DNA of 64,000 nucleotides from Eukaryota sp. GEM-RC1 (taxonomy: Eukaryota). The DNA is taken from the NCBI GenBank assembly GCA_040285855.1, contig JAUFOQ010000001.1:3224001-3288000 (forward strand), in the 5' to 3' direction. Below the pieces are notes generated by a model, which saw only the letters and a list, made by a program, of their open reading frames with translations, made no database searches and had not been told where the DNA came from. Shown piece by piece: positions 51,244 through 62,968 of this stretch (the first letter of the stretch is position 1; each line of letters begins with the position of its first letter). A program made the translations under genes and the position numbers.

Positions 51244-54055
51244 ACCGCCCTCCGATTAAAGTCGTAAAAAAGGATTGGATAAGGTTTTCAGAGATTATGA
51301 AAACATTCAATTAATTAAAATTTGTTCTAAACGAAATCAAAAAGCAACTGTGAGGGGGAACCACCTTCTTGAAGCATTTGCTTCTACGTGAATTTGAAGA
51401 TTTTGGAAGAATCGAAGCTGAATCAATAGTCAAAGAAAGAGAATTGATGTTACTGCACGATGACCCTTCGTTGTCCATGATTGGAAATGATTCTGAGTCT
51501 TCTGAGAATTGTAATATCTGCTATAATTACAAAGACTTTTCGGTTCGCTTACCAGATTTGAGTCCTTTTTGGCTCTTGGATCAATAAGGCACGTTCTCCG
51601 ACGAATGTATGTGGAGAAAAAAAGGCTTGCGGTATTTCCGACTTGAAAATGTCAAAAATAGAAGCAGAAGCAGTTTTACAAAATGAAAAATTTGATCATT
51701 CTTTGAAACAAAAAATCGCATTACATTACTGTAATAATTTTTATCCAATTCTTGACTCTCTGTCTCATGAAATTGGAAGTAACAACATTTCTTTTCCTAA
51801 TTTGGAGTTTATGTCAGGCATTTATCATTATACGGCTAAACAAATTGAAACCAATTATGCTAACAATTTGGCGAAATACTTCCACAACTATGTCTTTCGC
51901 TACTTTAACATTGTTACGTTGAAGAACTATCGTCTTAAACAAATTAAAGAGCAACACTTAAAGAAGGAATTGAAATCAAAATTAAATTCCATCAGAGAAC
52001 TGATTATTGATGGAAACTTTGAAGACATTCCAATTGATGATCATATCATTTTCCCCTTCCCGCAATCAGAATTGACTTTAATCTTTTTGCATATTTAAAA
52101 TTCTGTTTGTTCCCTACCATTGCCAAAGGCAAGAATCTTTACTACGCTCAGAAAGTCAAGCCACTACAATTTCTTTCTCATGCTGTTTATATCAACAGAA
52201 TCATTCAGTCTTTTTGTTCAATTGATGGGAAACCCTTAAAGGTTAATAATCCGTTCCCAATGACCAAGACGTTGGTCCCACAGCATATTAGATTAGATAC
52301 TGCTTGGATAAACCAAAGAGTTTTAAATTTGAAAGGTTCCGCTAACGTTATTCGAAAGGAAGTATTTGACTCTGTACTTACCGAAACAGGTATTACATCA
52401 TCACGATCATTTGGTCTGAAGTATTCTTCGATTGTAACAGATGGCATTTCCTGTTCCTTGGTTATGATTCGAAAAGATTTGCTGGATGAAAACGGTAACA
52501 CCTTTGAAGATTTTACCGCAAAATCACTAATATCTTCGGAAAGATATATTGACTCTTTAACGTCGGAAGACATTGAAAAAATGAACCTGACAGAAAAGAG
52601 AATAATTGGCATTGACCCGAATGAATATGACTTGATGTTTTGCGTATCTCCAAAAACAAATGAAGAGATATTATTTGAAGAATTTTCTTGTTCGGACAAA
52701 TATCCCACGAAAAAACGGCTACCTTCAGAAATGAGACTGAAACAAAAAGGTGGTATTAAAAAAAGAAAAAAACAATTGAACCAATGGAGACAAACCCCAT
52801 CTCAACGAGTACGGCTGAAACCAAACCACTTTTTGACCAGCTTCAGGTACAGTGCTGGGGAGAGATCATATGACCGAAAAAGCAAGAAATATCGGTTGAC
52901 TGAAAGAAGAAAACTAAAAACTTCCTTCTTTGAAATTACGAAAACAGAAACTGAAAGATCGCTCCAAGATTATACAGTCGAAAATTCTAATGGTAGAACT
53001 GTTTCTGGTCAAGAAATCCTCGACGAATTTGCTCTTGCCGTCTCTAGAGGACAACAAAGGTCCTGTTTCAGTGATGAGTTCGAGACTTACATCAAAGAAG
53101 CTGAACGGAGTTGTGTATACCTGAGTGATTTCTATGAAGACGATTGGTTTACGAAAAGGAAGTTTCAAATTTATTCCAACAATCAACAGAGTGAAGATAA
53201 TATGTTGGAAAGGTTTAAATTAACCTATGGATCTCCAGAAGACCTTGTCCTTGGTTACGGGGACTGGAGTTCTAAGGGAAACACAAGAAAAGGTAAAACT
53301 CCAGCTATTAGAGGAGCAGAAATCCGAAGAATGTTAAGAAAATTCGGGTATAAGGTATTTCTAGTTGACGAATACCGTACCAGCAAGTCCTGTTCAAAGT
53401 GTGCTGCTCAAGGACTATTTGGATTATGTACAAATGATCCATCTATCAAAGTTTTAGGCCCAAGAGGACTGCGTCAAATAAGACGGAAGAAGAAGAAACT
53501 CAAGGAAAAAGTACTGGTCTACAACCGTAAGGATCCACCGAAAAGAGAAGCTTTGAAGACGAGTGGGAGAAGATAAAGAAGTCCGTAGAAGTAAAAGCAA
53601 AGTCAACACCATGGGGGCTGGTGAAATGCAAAAGGTGCAAGACTTATTGGAATAGAGATCTCAACTCTTCGATCAATATCTATTCCATTATCGAAGCCGC
53701 TATCAAAGGTCAAGCTAGACCATCTATTCTCGAGAGATCACAAACTTTAACAACTGATTTCGAGAGTGGTAATGTTACTTTGAAGAGAGATCGAAAAGAG
53801 ACTGCAGCGAAAAAGACTCGTAAAGAAAGAGAGTGTGGAGAATGTGGACAAACAGGTCACGACATACGAACATGTCCACAGCTAGATGAGTCAAACCAGG
53901 GTTCACCTAAAACTGGATCGAGAAAAGAAAAGGAGGAACCCCACCGAAGGCAGTCAAAAAGAAGAAGATCTCCCTTGAAGAAATCAGTCCACCATAAACG
54001 GTCGGACAGCGCTATGTGTATGAAGCTATCTCAGTCTCACCGTATCATCTCATAG
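51219..54055 (+). CDS. Fanzor1 (TnpB/Cas12-like RuvC RNA-guided endonuclease), split by 1-nt indels
   Basis: IVTDGISCSL; RuvC-I IIGIDPN (D 52614); VLGYGDWS; VFLVDEYRTSKSCSKC (E 53370); WGLVKCKRCKTYWNRDLNSSINI (D 53657). The N-terminal region has NLYYAQKVKPLQFL and IETNYANNL. Confidence 0.88.
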
Positions 54056-54146
54056 CATAGCGTGTCTGTGATGCCTAAATGGATATGACCAAAGTGGGAG
54101 CAGGATTTACTTTGGGAGGATTATCCATTTGGCATGAACTTCACAG
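54003..54146 (+). ncRNA. Candidate Fanzor omegaRNA scaffold
   Basis: Two long imperfect hairpins overlap and follow the Fanzor stop codon: 54003-54068 and 54071-54135. Confidence 0.6.
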
Positions 54147-55400
54147 CACTATACAAAATTTGTTTTCTTGCTATACATAGTACACTCGTGTAGCATTCCC
54201 AGTTACGATACAAAATATCGATCACGTCTTCTTCATCCTCAGAATCGTCTTCATTGCTTTTCTGTAACAACCACTGCACATGAAAATCTTCCAGAGTAAG
54301 TCGTTTCCGCAATTGTAGTAGCTCGTGAGCACATGGTTTACGGTACACTCTTCTATGATATCCTTTACAATCAAGTTCTTCACTAAAAGGATCTTCTTCT
54401 TCAACTTCTGGCTTAGCATCTTTAAAAACTGTTGGTGAACCATTTCCAGAGCTCATGCTGATACTTTTCTATGGAGTCTGTTGAACATTGATTCTCCAGC
54501 AATCTTTGTCAATCTTTGATGTTTTTCTTTTCAATATCAAAGTTTCTCTCTTCAGCTGATCTTCTCATGATTTCAATTGCACGTTCTGCAGATTCCAACA
54601 AAGTCATGTTGCTGATTTTTTGATTGTTCTTCAAATGAGCATGTGAACCATCTACTTTCTGGCTTGAATACTTTTTTTGAGAACTTTTGCTTATTATTGC
54701 CATAAGTGCAATCCATAATAACTATAGAATTTAATTGTTTGAAAAGTTCTTTGTTGTCCTTACATACCATTAGCAAGTGATCTATGTTTCTATTGTCATC
54801 AATTTCAAATTCAAAGTCTACATCATCAGAGTAGGTGTTAATAAGATAGTCTAATGCAGAACTGTTTCCAATTGCTCTTTCTTTTCCTTAGCGATTTACA
54901 TTATAAAGATCATTTAATGTTAGATTCATTATTCCTTCTTAAAAGAGTATATCACGAGTAATCCTCACACTGCGAAATGCATCCAAGGTTTGTTCTACTT
55001 TACGTTTTATTTTAGGAGACAAAGACTTCCCTCTATGAGCAGAGAAGTATTATCATGTGATTGTGGTCACTACAGTGTATACCAAGTGCACCAAATTTTG
55101 CACATTTTGCTTGTTTTCACGTATTTGATGCATTTTGGATCTTAACGATCCATGCATTTTGATTTAGATGTGTTCTCCAAATGTGTTTTTTATTCCGTAT
55201 CAACTTTGACCATGTTATACATGACTCTGGGCACACTATATTTGCCATAAACATAGATAAAATCCATAATTTACACACTCAATCTCGACTGTTTATGATT
55301 CTCATGTCACTACTACTCTTATTAGAAAAGCCATCACCAGCTACAGCGAATCCAAAAATATACATTTAGTTTTCATAATACCCTTGCAAATCTGATTTGT
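54121..55400 (-). mobile_element. Decayed, internally deleted MULE transposase convergent with Fanzor
   Basis: HNH-type N-terminal remnant, TLNDLYNV, SIVIMDCTYGNNKQKF (first Asp), QKVDGSHAHLK (Glu-region-like) and SWIM-like CKG...KPCAHE...LEDFHVQW. Confidence 0.7.
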
Positions 55401-55589
55401 CCATAAAATAGTTTCCCCTAGCATCCTTTGTTACTTTGCTATTTATCTCAAAATTAGTAGTTTTGGTAAAATATGGAGTAGGACACTAAATTTTGAATGA
55501 TTGATTCGAAATGGATACGATTGCTTTCAATTAAATTCTATCACAATACGACTCAAATTCTTTGGCAGCAATCAATCAAATCACATCAA

Positions 55590-57390
55590 TCAAACACGTT
55601 CCACTTTCCATTCATGATTTTGACCATAAACTGTCATTCCAAAAACCAAATAACTAGGAGTATCAATACTAAAAGTAGTTGTACAAGTAGACGGTTTGAA
55701 GTAAGCTTTACCATTAGAAAAACTAACAGTAATTGATTCTCCTCTGGTAATTGTAGGGAAACTTGGTTTTGAAGGGGCGAAAGAACCTTCACTGTAGTTA
55801 CCTCTAGGCCCAATACAAGTACTCAAAGAACCATTCTGAAATCTATTTCTATCTTTCCAACCAATAAAGTCAGTAATACCATCTCCATGAAGATCATCTA
55901 ACCTTGTAAATTTAACAGAACAATTATCTGAAAGATTAACTTCTAAAAAACTATTGGCACTACCATTGGAACCATTCTTTTCAACAACAGTATTGTTATT
56001 TGATAAGGAAAGCAAAGAACCACAAACGTTACTGTTGAATAAATTCTTATTCAGTTCAATTATTCTTCTTTCATTTTCCTCTGTTTTTGCCTTCTGTTTA
56101 AACGACTCAAATTGATTGCATAGAACCAGATTTTCGGCCTCTAATTCATTGTTTTTGGACAATAACAACTCATTCTCATTCCTTAAATTTTCCAGTTCCT
56201 TTTTCAACTCTTCCTTTTGAAGATCAAAACTATCAACTAAACTAGGAACAATAACCTTATTCGTAATTTTTGAAATAATTAAAACTAACTCGTCGTCATC
56301 TCCTAACGGAGAAAGAATCAACGATTATATGTCTGAGCCAGTTAATAACGACAAATTGATTGACTCAAGACAATCTTTGACGTCATTTGATTGCCAAGAA
56401 CTTCCCTTTTCCAGATGACCAGGATTTAATCAAATTTTGGAGGCAAAATATTGAAAAGTCTCTACTATTTGAAGATTTCCTAACCATTTCAAGCAATACT
56501 TTTGGATTCAGAGAAAGAAGTTGTTGATGAGAAAAATCTTGAAACTGTGAAATAAGTGGAATAATTTCAAATACTTCAGAAGAATTTTCACGATTTAGTA
56601 TGACTAACACTTTCAGAACCCAGTTCAATAGAATATTTGAAATGTTGAAATTATTGGAAAAATAATCCAACGAAAATTTGACAATTGGAGCCTCAAAAAT
56701 TGAATTGTCAATGACGTGTTGAATAAGAAATTGAAATAATTCATGACCAGTAAGATTCTCAACATTTAAAATATGTAAAAATGAATCGAACTGTTCATCA
56801 TCAATTTGTTGATTGTCAATAGATTTCAGTAAGCAATTCAATAACCAAACAACTTGATTTTTAAATCCCAAATCTTCACCAAAAAGCAAAAAATAGTCAA
56901 AACAAAGAGGAAAACTTTCAGGTAAGGTTTCGAAATCAGAATTGAAATACGGTAATAAATGCTTTAAGAACTCTTGATCTTGATATTGATTTGCTTGTTT
57001 AACAAGAAAAAGTAAAGAATCAGTAGAGTTTGAAAAGGTAGTTAGCAATCCAAGACAAGTAGTCTTGAGATCTTCAACCATAAAGTATCGAGAAAGCACG
57101 TAGAACTCATAAAGATTCTCAAGGGTAATCTCTACTGGCTGAGCGTAGAGATATGAGAAGAAGGAGCGAAAAGAAGAGGCGGAGACATTGAGAGAAGAGA
57201 AATCTTGGGTTTCCTGGTCGTCTGAGAAGTTGAGGGTGAACAGATTATGGAAAAATTTGGAGAACTGAACGAGGACGACGGAATGGCATGGGATTTGAAG
57301 ATCCTTGAAGCTAGAGATGAAATCATGTTTCAATGAAGTTTGTAAGAGGTTGTTGCAGAGAGAAGCAGGGGAGATTTGGGTAGAAGTCAT
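55590..57390 (-). CDS. BTB - coiled coil - SPRY-like family paralog (one frameshift near 56405)
   Basis: MTSTQISP at 57390. ORFs 56383-57531 and 55590-56321 join to match the 599 aa paralog. Confidence 0.85.
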
Positions 57391-58593
57391 TGGATGAGAA
57401 ATGCACCTGTGTAAAATACATACTACAGTACAAGTAACATATTTTTGAATCATTTTGTTTTCGTCACTTATTTTGAAAAAAACGGCGTTTTTTATACTTG
57501 TCAACGTTTTTAATTTTCCGAATTGACACAAAAAAGCACGACTTTCTACTTCACTTTTGTCTTAATGTAACAGGTGTTATTTCATGTATGTTATTTCTGA
57601 CCCTGAAACAAGGCAAGAGCATTTGTTGGTGACACTATTACTGGTACAGTGTATGCTCTTCGGTTCTGTATCGGAGTGAAACGACCTTCAGGTACACCCT
57701 AACAGTGTTCTTGTTCCATATCCCTTGTTATCTTCCCGTCCTGACCACGTGATCATCGTTAGTTGAGCACTGTACTTCATCTTCATGATGTTCTCCTTCC
57801 AATCTCAAAAGATCATAGCTGCAATGATCGAACTTTGAAAGATCTGATCGATGAAAATGAAGTGAAAAAAGTGAAAAGTTGAAAAAGTTGATCTGCCCCT
57901 TTTGAACGTTTGTATTTAATTTCTAAAAAACGTAAAAAACGATAAAAACCGGCGTTTTTTATTTTTGAACAACCTTTTTACAAGCCTACATACTAATATG
58001 TTCAGTTCAACACGTGTTGGATAAATTCTAAGCAGGAGAACACAATAACTCACTTTAAGATCAACCAAAGGAAACAAATTCTTCTTTTCACTCATATTAC
58101 AATGGAACCAAGTTCATAAATTGGACCTGATTTTCAATGATTCCAGAACTGATAACAAGAAGAGCTCATCAATAATCGATACATTTAAGTAAACTTTTGA
58201 GCAAAGTCGATTTTTCCACCTGTATTCAATATAGTTTTATCAAGAACAGTAGAAAGTTACACAAATTCATTGAAGCGACATAGAAGAATGATATATTCAA
58301 CACATGTTGAAGTGACTCAGAACATATTAAAATACACATAGACATCCACATTTTCTTCATCCAAACTCATATCCACAACGAAGCCACACTCTGGCACTTC
58401 TCGTAATTTTAGAGTTCTGTGACTCCCCAAATTGCATCCTAGTAACATTTGCCGACGTTGTATATCCAATACTCATGTCACATGCCAATAACTCCCGATA
58501 GACATTGTTACTCCTTCGATTGAAAAGAGAAATGATTTTTTCAACTGAATTGCCTTTGAGAAAATCAAACGGACATGGAAACGTACATTTTAT

Positions 58594-61120
58594 AATAAGT
58601 GAAAGGTATTGATGAAAAGCACGAACCCCGTCCTACAACTGAAATACACTCATACGACAATAAAGTAAGTTGAAGTTGTATTTCAAAAGTTGTATTTGGG
58701 TCCCAAAACGGTAACTTTCTCACAAGATATTTTCAACAGAATGATAGAAAACATTGCTTAATTACCACTGCAAATAAGAACATACCAACAATTTAACAAA
58801 TGAGATACCGACACATTTATGTACATTGTAAACAATAGTTGTATTTTTATATTGTTAAATTTTTTTAAAGAGGTAATCGAAAGTTTAAGTATACTTACCT
58901 TCTCAAAAGAACCAAACTGAAAACGGAAAAACAACTCACTGTGTATAATCGCCATTTCATCAATATTCAACCAACAGTTCTCCAGTCACTGGTAATGACG
59001 TGACAGATGAACAAGTGTTTGATTGATGGAAATACAATCGACAAACCACGCCTTCATTCAAGAAGTGGATAGGCAATGGACATCAAAGACTAATAAAATA
59101 AAATAAGTGAAAGGTATTGATGAAAAGCACGAACCCCGTCCTACAACTGAAATACACTCATACGACAATAAAGTAAGTTGAAGTTGTATTTCAAAAGTTG
59201 TATTTGGGTCCCAAAACGGTAACTTTCTCACAAGATATTTTCAACAGAATGATAGAAAACATTGCTTAATTACCACTGCAAATAAGAACATACCAACAAT
59301 TTAACAAATGAGATACCGACACATTTATGTACATTGTAAACAATAGTTGTATTTTTATATTGTTAAATTTTTTAAAGAGGTAATCGAAAGTTTAAGTATA
59401 CTTACCTTCTCAAAAGAACCAAACTGAAAACGGAAAAACAACTCACTGTGTATAATCGCCATTTCATCAACATTCAACCAACAGTTCTCCAGTCACTGGT
59501 AATGACGTGACAGATGAACAAGTGTTTGATTGATGGAAATACAATCGACAAACCACGCCTTCATTCAAGAAGTGGATAGGCAATGGACATCAAAGACTAA
59601 TAAAATAAAATAAGTGAAAGGTATTGATGAAAAGCACGAACTCTGTCCTACAACTGAAATACACTCATACGACAATAAAGTAAGTTGAAGTTATATTTCA
59701 AAAGTTGTATTTGGGTCCCAAAACGGTAACTTTCTCACAAGATATTTTCAACAGAATGATAGAAAACATTGCTTAATTACCACTGCAAATAAGAACATAC
59801 CAACAATTTAACAAATGAGATACCGACACATTTATGTACATTGTAAACAATAGTTGTATTTTTATATTGTTAAATTTTTTAAAGAGGTAATCGAAAGTTT
59901 AAGTATACTTACCTTCTCAAAAGAACCAAACTGAAAACGGAAAAACAACTCACTGTGTATAATCGCCATTTCATCAATATTCAACCAACAGTTCTCCAGT
60001 CACTGGTAATGACGTGACAGATGAACAAGTGTTTGATTGATGGAAATACAATCGACAAACCACGCCTTCATTCAAGAAGTGGATAGGCAATGGACATCAA
60101 AGACTAATAAAATAAAATAAGTGAAAGGTATTGATGAAAAGCACGAACCCCGTCCTACAACTGAAATACACTCATACGACAATAAAGTAAGTTGAAGTTG
60201 TATTTCAAAAGTTGTATTTGGGTCCCAAAACGGTAACTTTCTCACAAGATATTTTCAACAGAATGATAGAAAACATTGCTTAATTACCACTGCAAATAAG
60301 AACATACCAACAATTTAACAAATGAGATACCGACACATTTATGTACATTGTAAACAATAGTTGTATTTTTATATTGTTAAATTTTTTAAAGAGGTAATCG
60401 AAAGTTTAAGTATACTTACCTTCTCAAAAGAACCAAACTGAAAACGGAAAAACAACTCACTGTGTATAATCGCCATTTCATCAATATTCAACCAACAGTT
60501 CTCCAGTCACTGGTAATGACGTGACAGATGAACAAGTGTTTGATTGATGGAAATACAATCGACAAACCACGCCTTCATTCAAGAAGTGGATAGGCAATGG
60601 ACATCAAAGACTAATAAAATAAAATAAGTGAAAGGTATTGATGAAAAGCACGAACCCCGTCCTACAACTGAAATACACTCATACGACAATAAAGTAAGTT
60701 GAAGTTGTATTTCAAAAGTTGTATTTGGGTCCCAAAACGGTAACTTTCTCACAAGATATTTTCAACAGAATGATAGAAAACATTACTTAATTACCACTGC
60801 AAATAAGAACATACCAACAATTTAACAAATGAGATACCGACACATTTATGTACATTGTAAACAATAGTTGTATTTTTATATTGTTAAATTTTTTAAAGAG
60901 GTAATCGAAAGTTTAAGTATACTTACCTTCTCAAAAGAACCAAACTGAAAACGGAAAAACAACTCACTGTGTATAATCGCCATTTCATCAACATTCAACC
61001 AACAGTTCTCCAGTCACTGGTAATGACGTGACAGATGAACAAGTGTTTGATTGATGGAAATACAATCGACAAACCACGCCTTCATTCAAGAAGTGGATAG
61101 GCAATGGACATCAAAGACTA
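58594..61120. repeat. Tandem array of five ~507 bp units
   Basis: GAAAGGTATTGATGAAAAGC recurs at 58601, 59109, 59616, 60123 and 60630. Units are nearly identical. Confidence 0.97.
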
Positions 61121-62968
61121 TGCGAGAAGCAATAGGTTGTATTAGGTAGGTGAAAGTATAATATACAAGGTTACATATCAAAAGTTTCCATCCAAAAAGG
61201 TCCATTTTGATAAATAAACAGAGACAGTATGGTGTATCTACATTAGTTTAATTGTTGTTGTCATTAACCCAGAGACTTGGTCAACTACGAAGAGGACTGA
61301 CTTACCCTTGCTGTGAATAGAGACATTTCACAGGAACAACTCTGGAAATCTAATGGAAGTAAGAGTGAAGGAATAATAGCATTAGGATAACAGTTAAATT
61401 GGGTGCAGAACAAGTTAGAATGATCACTCATCTAACCTAATGACACCTCCTAATCCTCCTAGCGTTGCTTCTCGTAGACTGGGATCGCCCTGGTATCGGC
61501 GCGCAACCTTACATCATCAAGCCGATCCTCTTATTTCGAGTTTTCTTCTACTCTGCTCTTAAGTTGTTCTTTCTCTCACTTGAATGATCACGTGATCTCT
61601 CATGGGCTGAGACATTCGTGGGTGTATTACAATCACACGAAAGACTCTTCTAGAATCTCTTCTTCATTATGCGAATGTCTTTCCCTGTCTTCTCAGTTTT
61701 TCTTCATCTCTCTCTACTTTTTTGCCTTCTCTCATTACCACTTGTTCTTATCTACTAGTTTCATTTGGGGCCATCGAGGCAGTTTTCATAACTATTGATG
61801 GAGAATTTCTTCAATGTTACTGAATTCTTTTTCCTTTTGTATCAATAATCTTATTAAATGGTTCTACTCAGTGGAGGAAGGAATTTTCACTACTCAGAAT
61901 CTTTTTTTAATTATTTATAGATTTATTGAAGTATTCTTCTATGTTATTTTAATGTTTTTAATGGCTGAAGCCAATTACCACATCAATTTAAATTGGTCAG
62001 AAACTTTTTCTAATTTGATTTAGTTTCTATACTTATAAGTTATAATGAACCAGGTTTCCTCAAAAATAGGTATTTTCCTCTTACTTACCCAGTTCTTTTA
62101 GTAATTTAAACAAATATTTTAAAAATGTTAATTTATCAAAGCCAATCTCCAATCAAACCCAATTCCTCCTTCTTCAAAGTATATCCAAAGGGAAATAGAA
62201 GCATCTCTCCAACCAAATTCTCCAGGAATATTTGGAATATGAAGAGTATCATCAGGTTTGATATCTAAATAACCACCGATATCGTCAGTTTTCCAACTTT
62301 TGAGATGAAGGTAGACAAGTATTGGGAGTCTACGAGGGGAGTTGAGTGATGACGTGATTTGGGAAGATAGAGCATCACACTTGTAATTCTTTTTTTTTGA
62401 TTGTTGTTTCAATTTTGACGAAGAATTATTGAGAGATCCTATAGTTGTTCTGTAAGGATTAGGAGTAATTAATTAATTAATTGTAGAAGATGATACAGGG
62501 ACTTCATTACATTTCTCGACACTTGTATTTTACTTTTGTTTCTTGATATAGTTTTTGAGGAGACATTTACTTCTTACTGTGGTTTTTAAGGATCCACGTA
62601 AATTCCTTTTTATATTCTTACGATGAATGGAATAAAGTTCTTCATTACCTGAATTGTGAGTTAATTGTTGTGCTGGCAGAGAGGGATGCGACTAAGTAGT
62701 GAGATAGATAGAAGAGTTCATAGCCATCGTCATTGTTGATTACTTGACGAGCTTTGTGAGTGATTTGAATGAAAGTAGTCTTATTGAGATGCCCTAGATT
62801 CTTGCGGCTAGAGCGAAGATTTGCTCTCTATTTTTGAAATTTGTTTATTATATTTAACGTTTTCACGAAGTAGGAGGTGTCATACGATACAGAGAGAACA
62901 AAGAACGGGTGTTACACTTCTACAAGGAATACCCGTACTGGGGGAAGAGGAGGAATTACCTTGGATTT
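61068..62968 (-). repeat. Dispersed repeat, copy 3 (inverted, with a 310 bp insertion at 62384-62693)
   Basis: The reverse complement matches copies 1 and 2. Confidence 0.9.

Noticed and set aside
51211..53580. Programmed Euplotes-style frameshifting (AAA-TAR) explaining the broken Fanzor
   Set aside because: Shift sites go in both directions and are not consistently at AAA-stop motifs. The same indel pattern affects unrelated genes.
49596..55570. TIRs bounding the Fanzor-MULE cassette (AATTTCTGAGATAAATA at ~49596 vs TATTTATCTCAAAATT at ~55440; TGCTGC at 49644 vs GCAGCA at 55565)
   Set aside because: Short and AT-rich or only 6 bp, not extendable, no TSD. Could be chance.
57430..58005. Degenerate inverted repeat around AAAAAACGGCGTTTTTT-like palindromes
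   Set aside because: Similarity is limited to self-complementary low-complexity words, with no defined termini.
58594..61120. Tandem array as a CRISPR-like or guide array for Fanzor
   Set aside because: The units are nearly identical over their whole length with no variable spacers, and I saw no similarity to the 54.0-54.15 kb hairpins.
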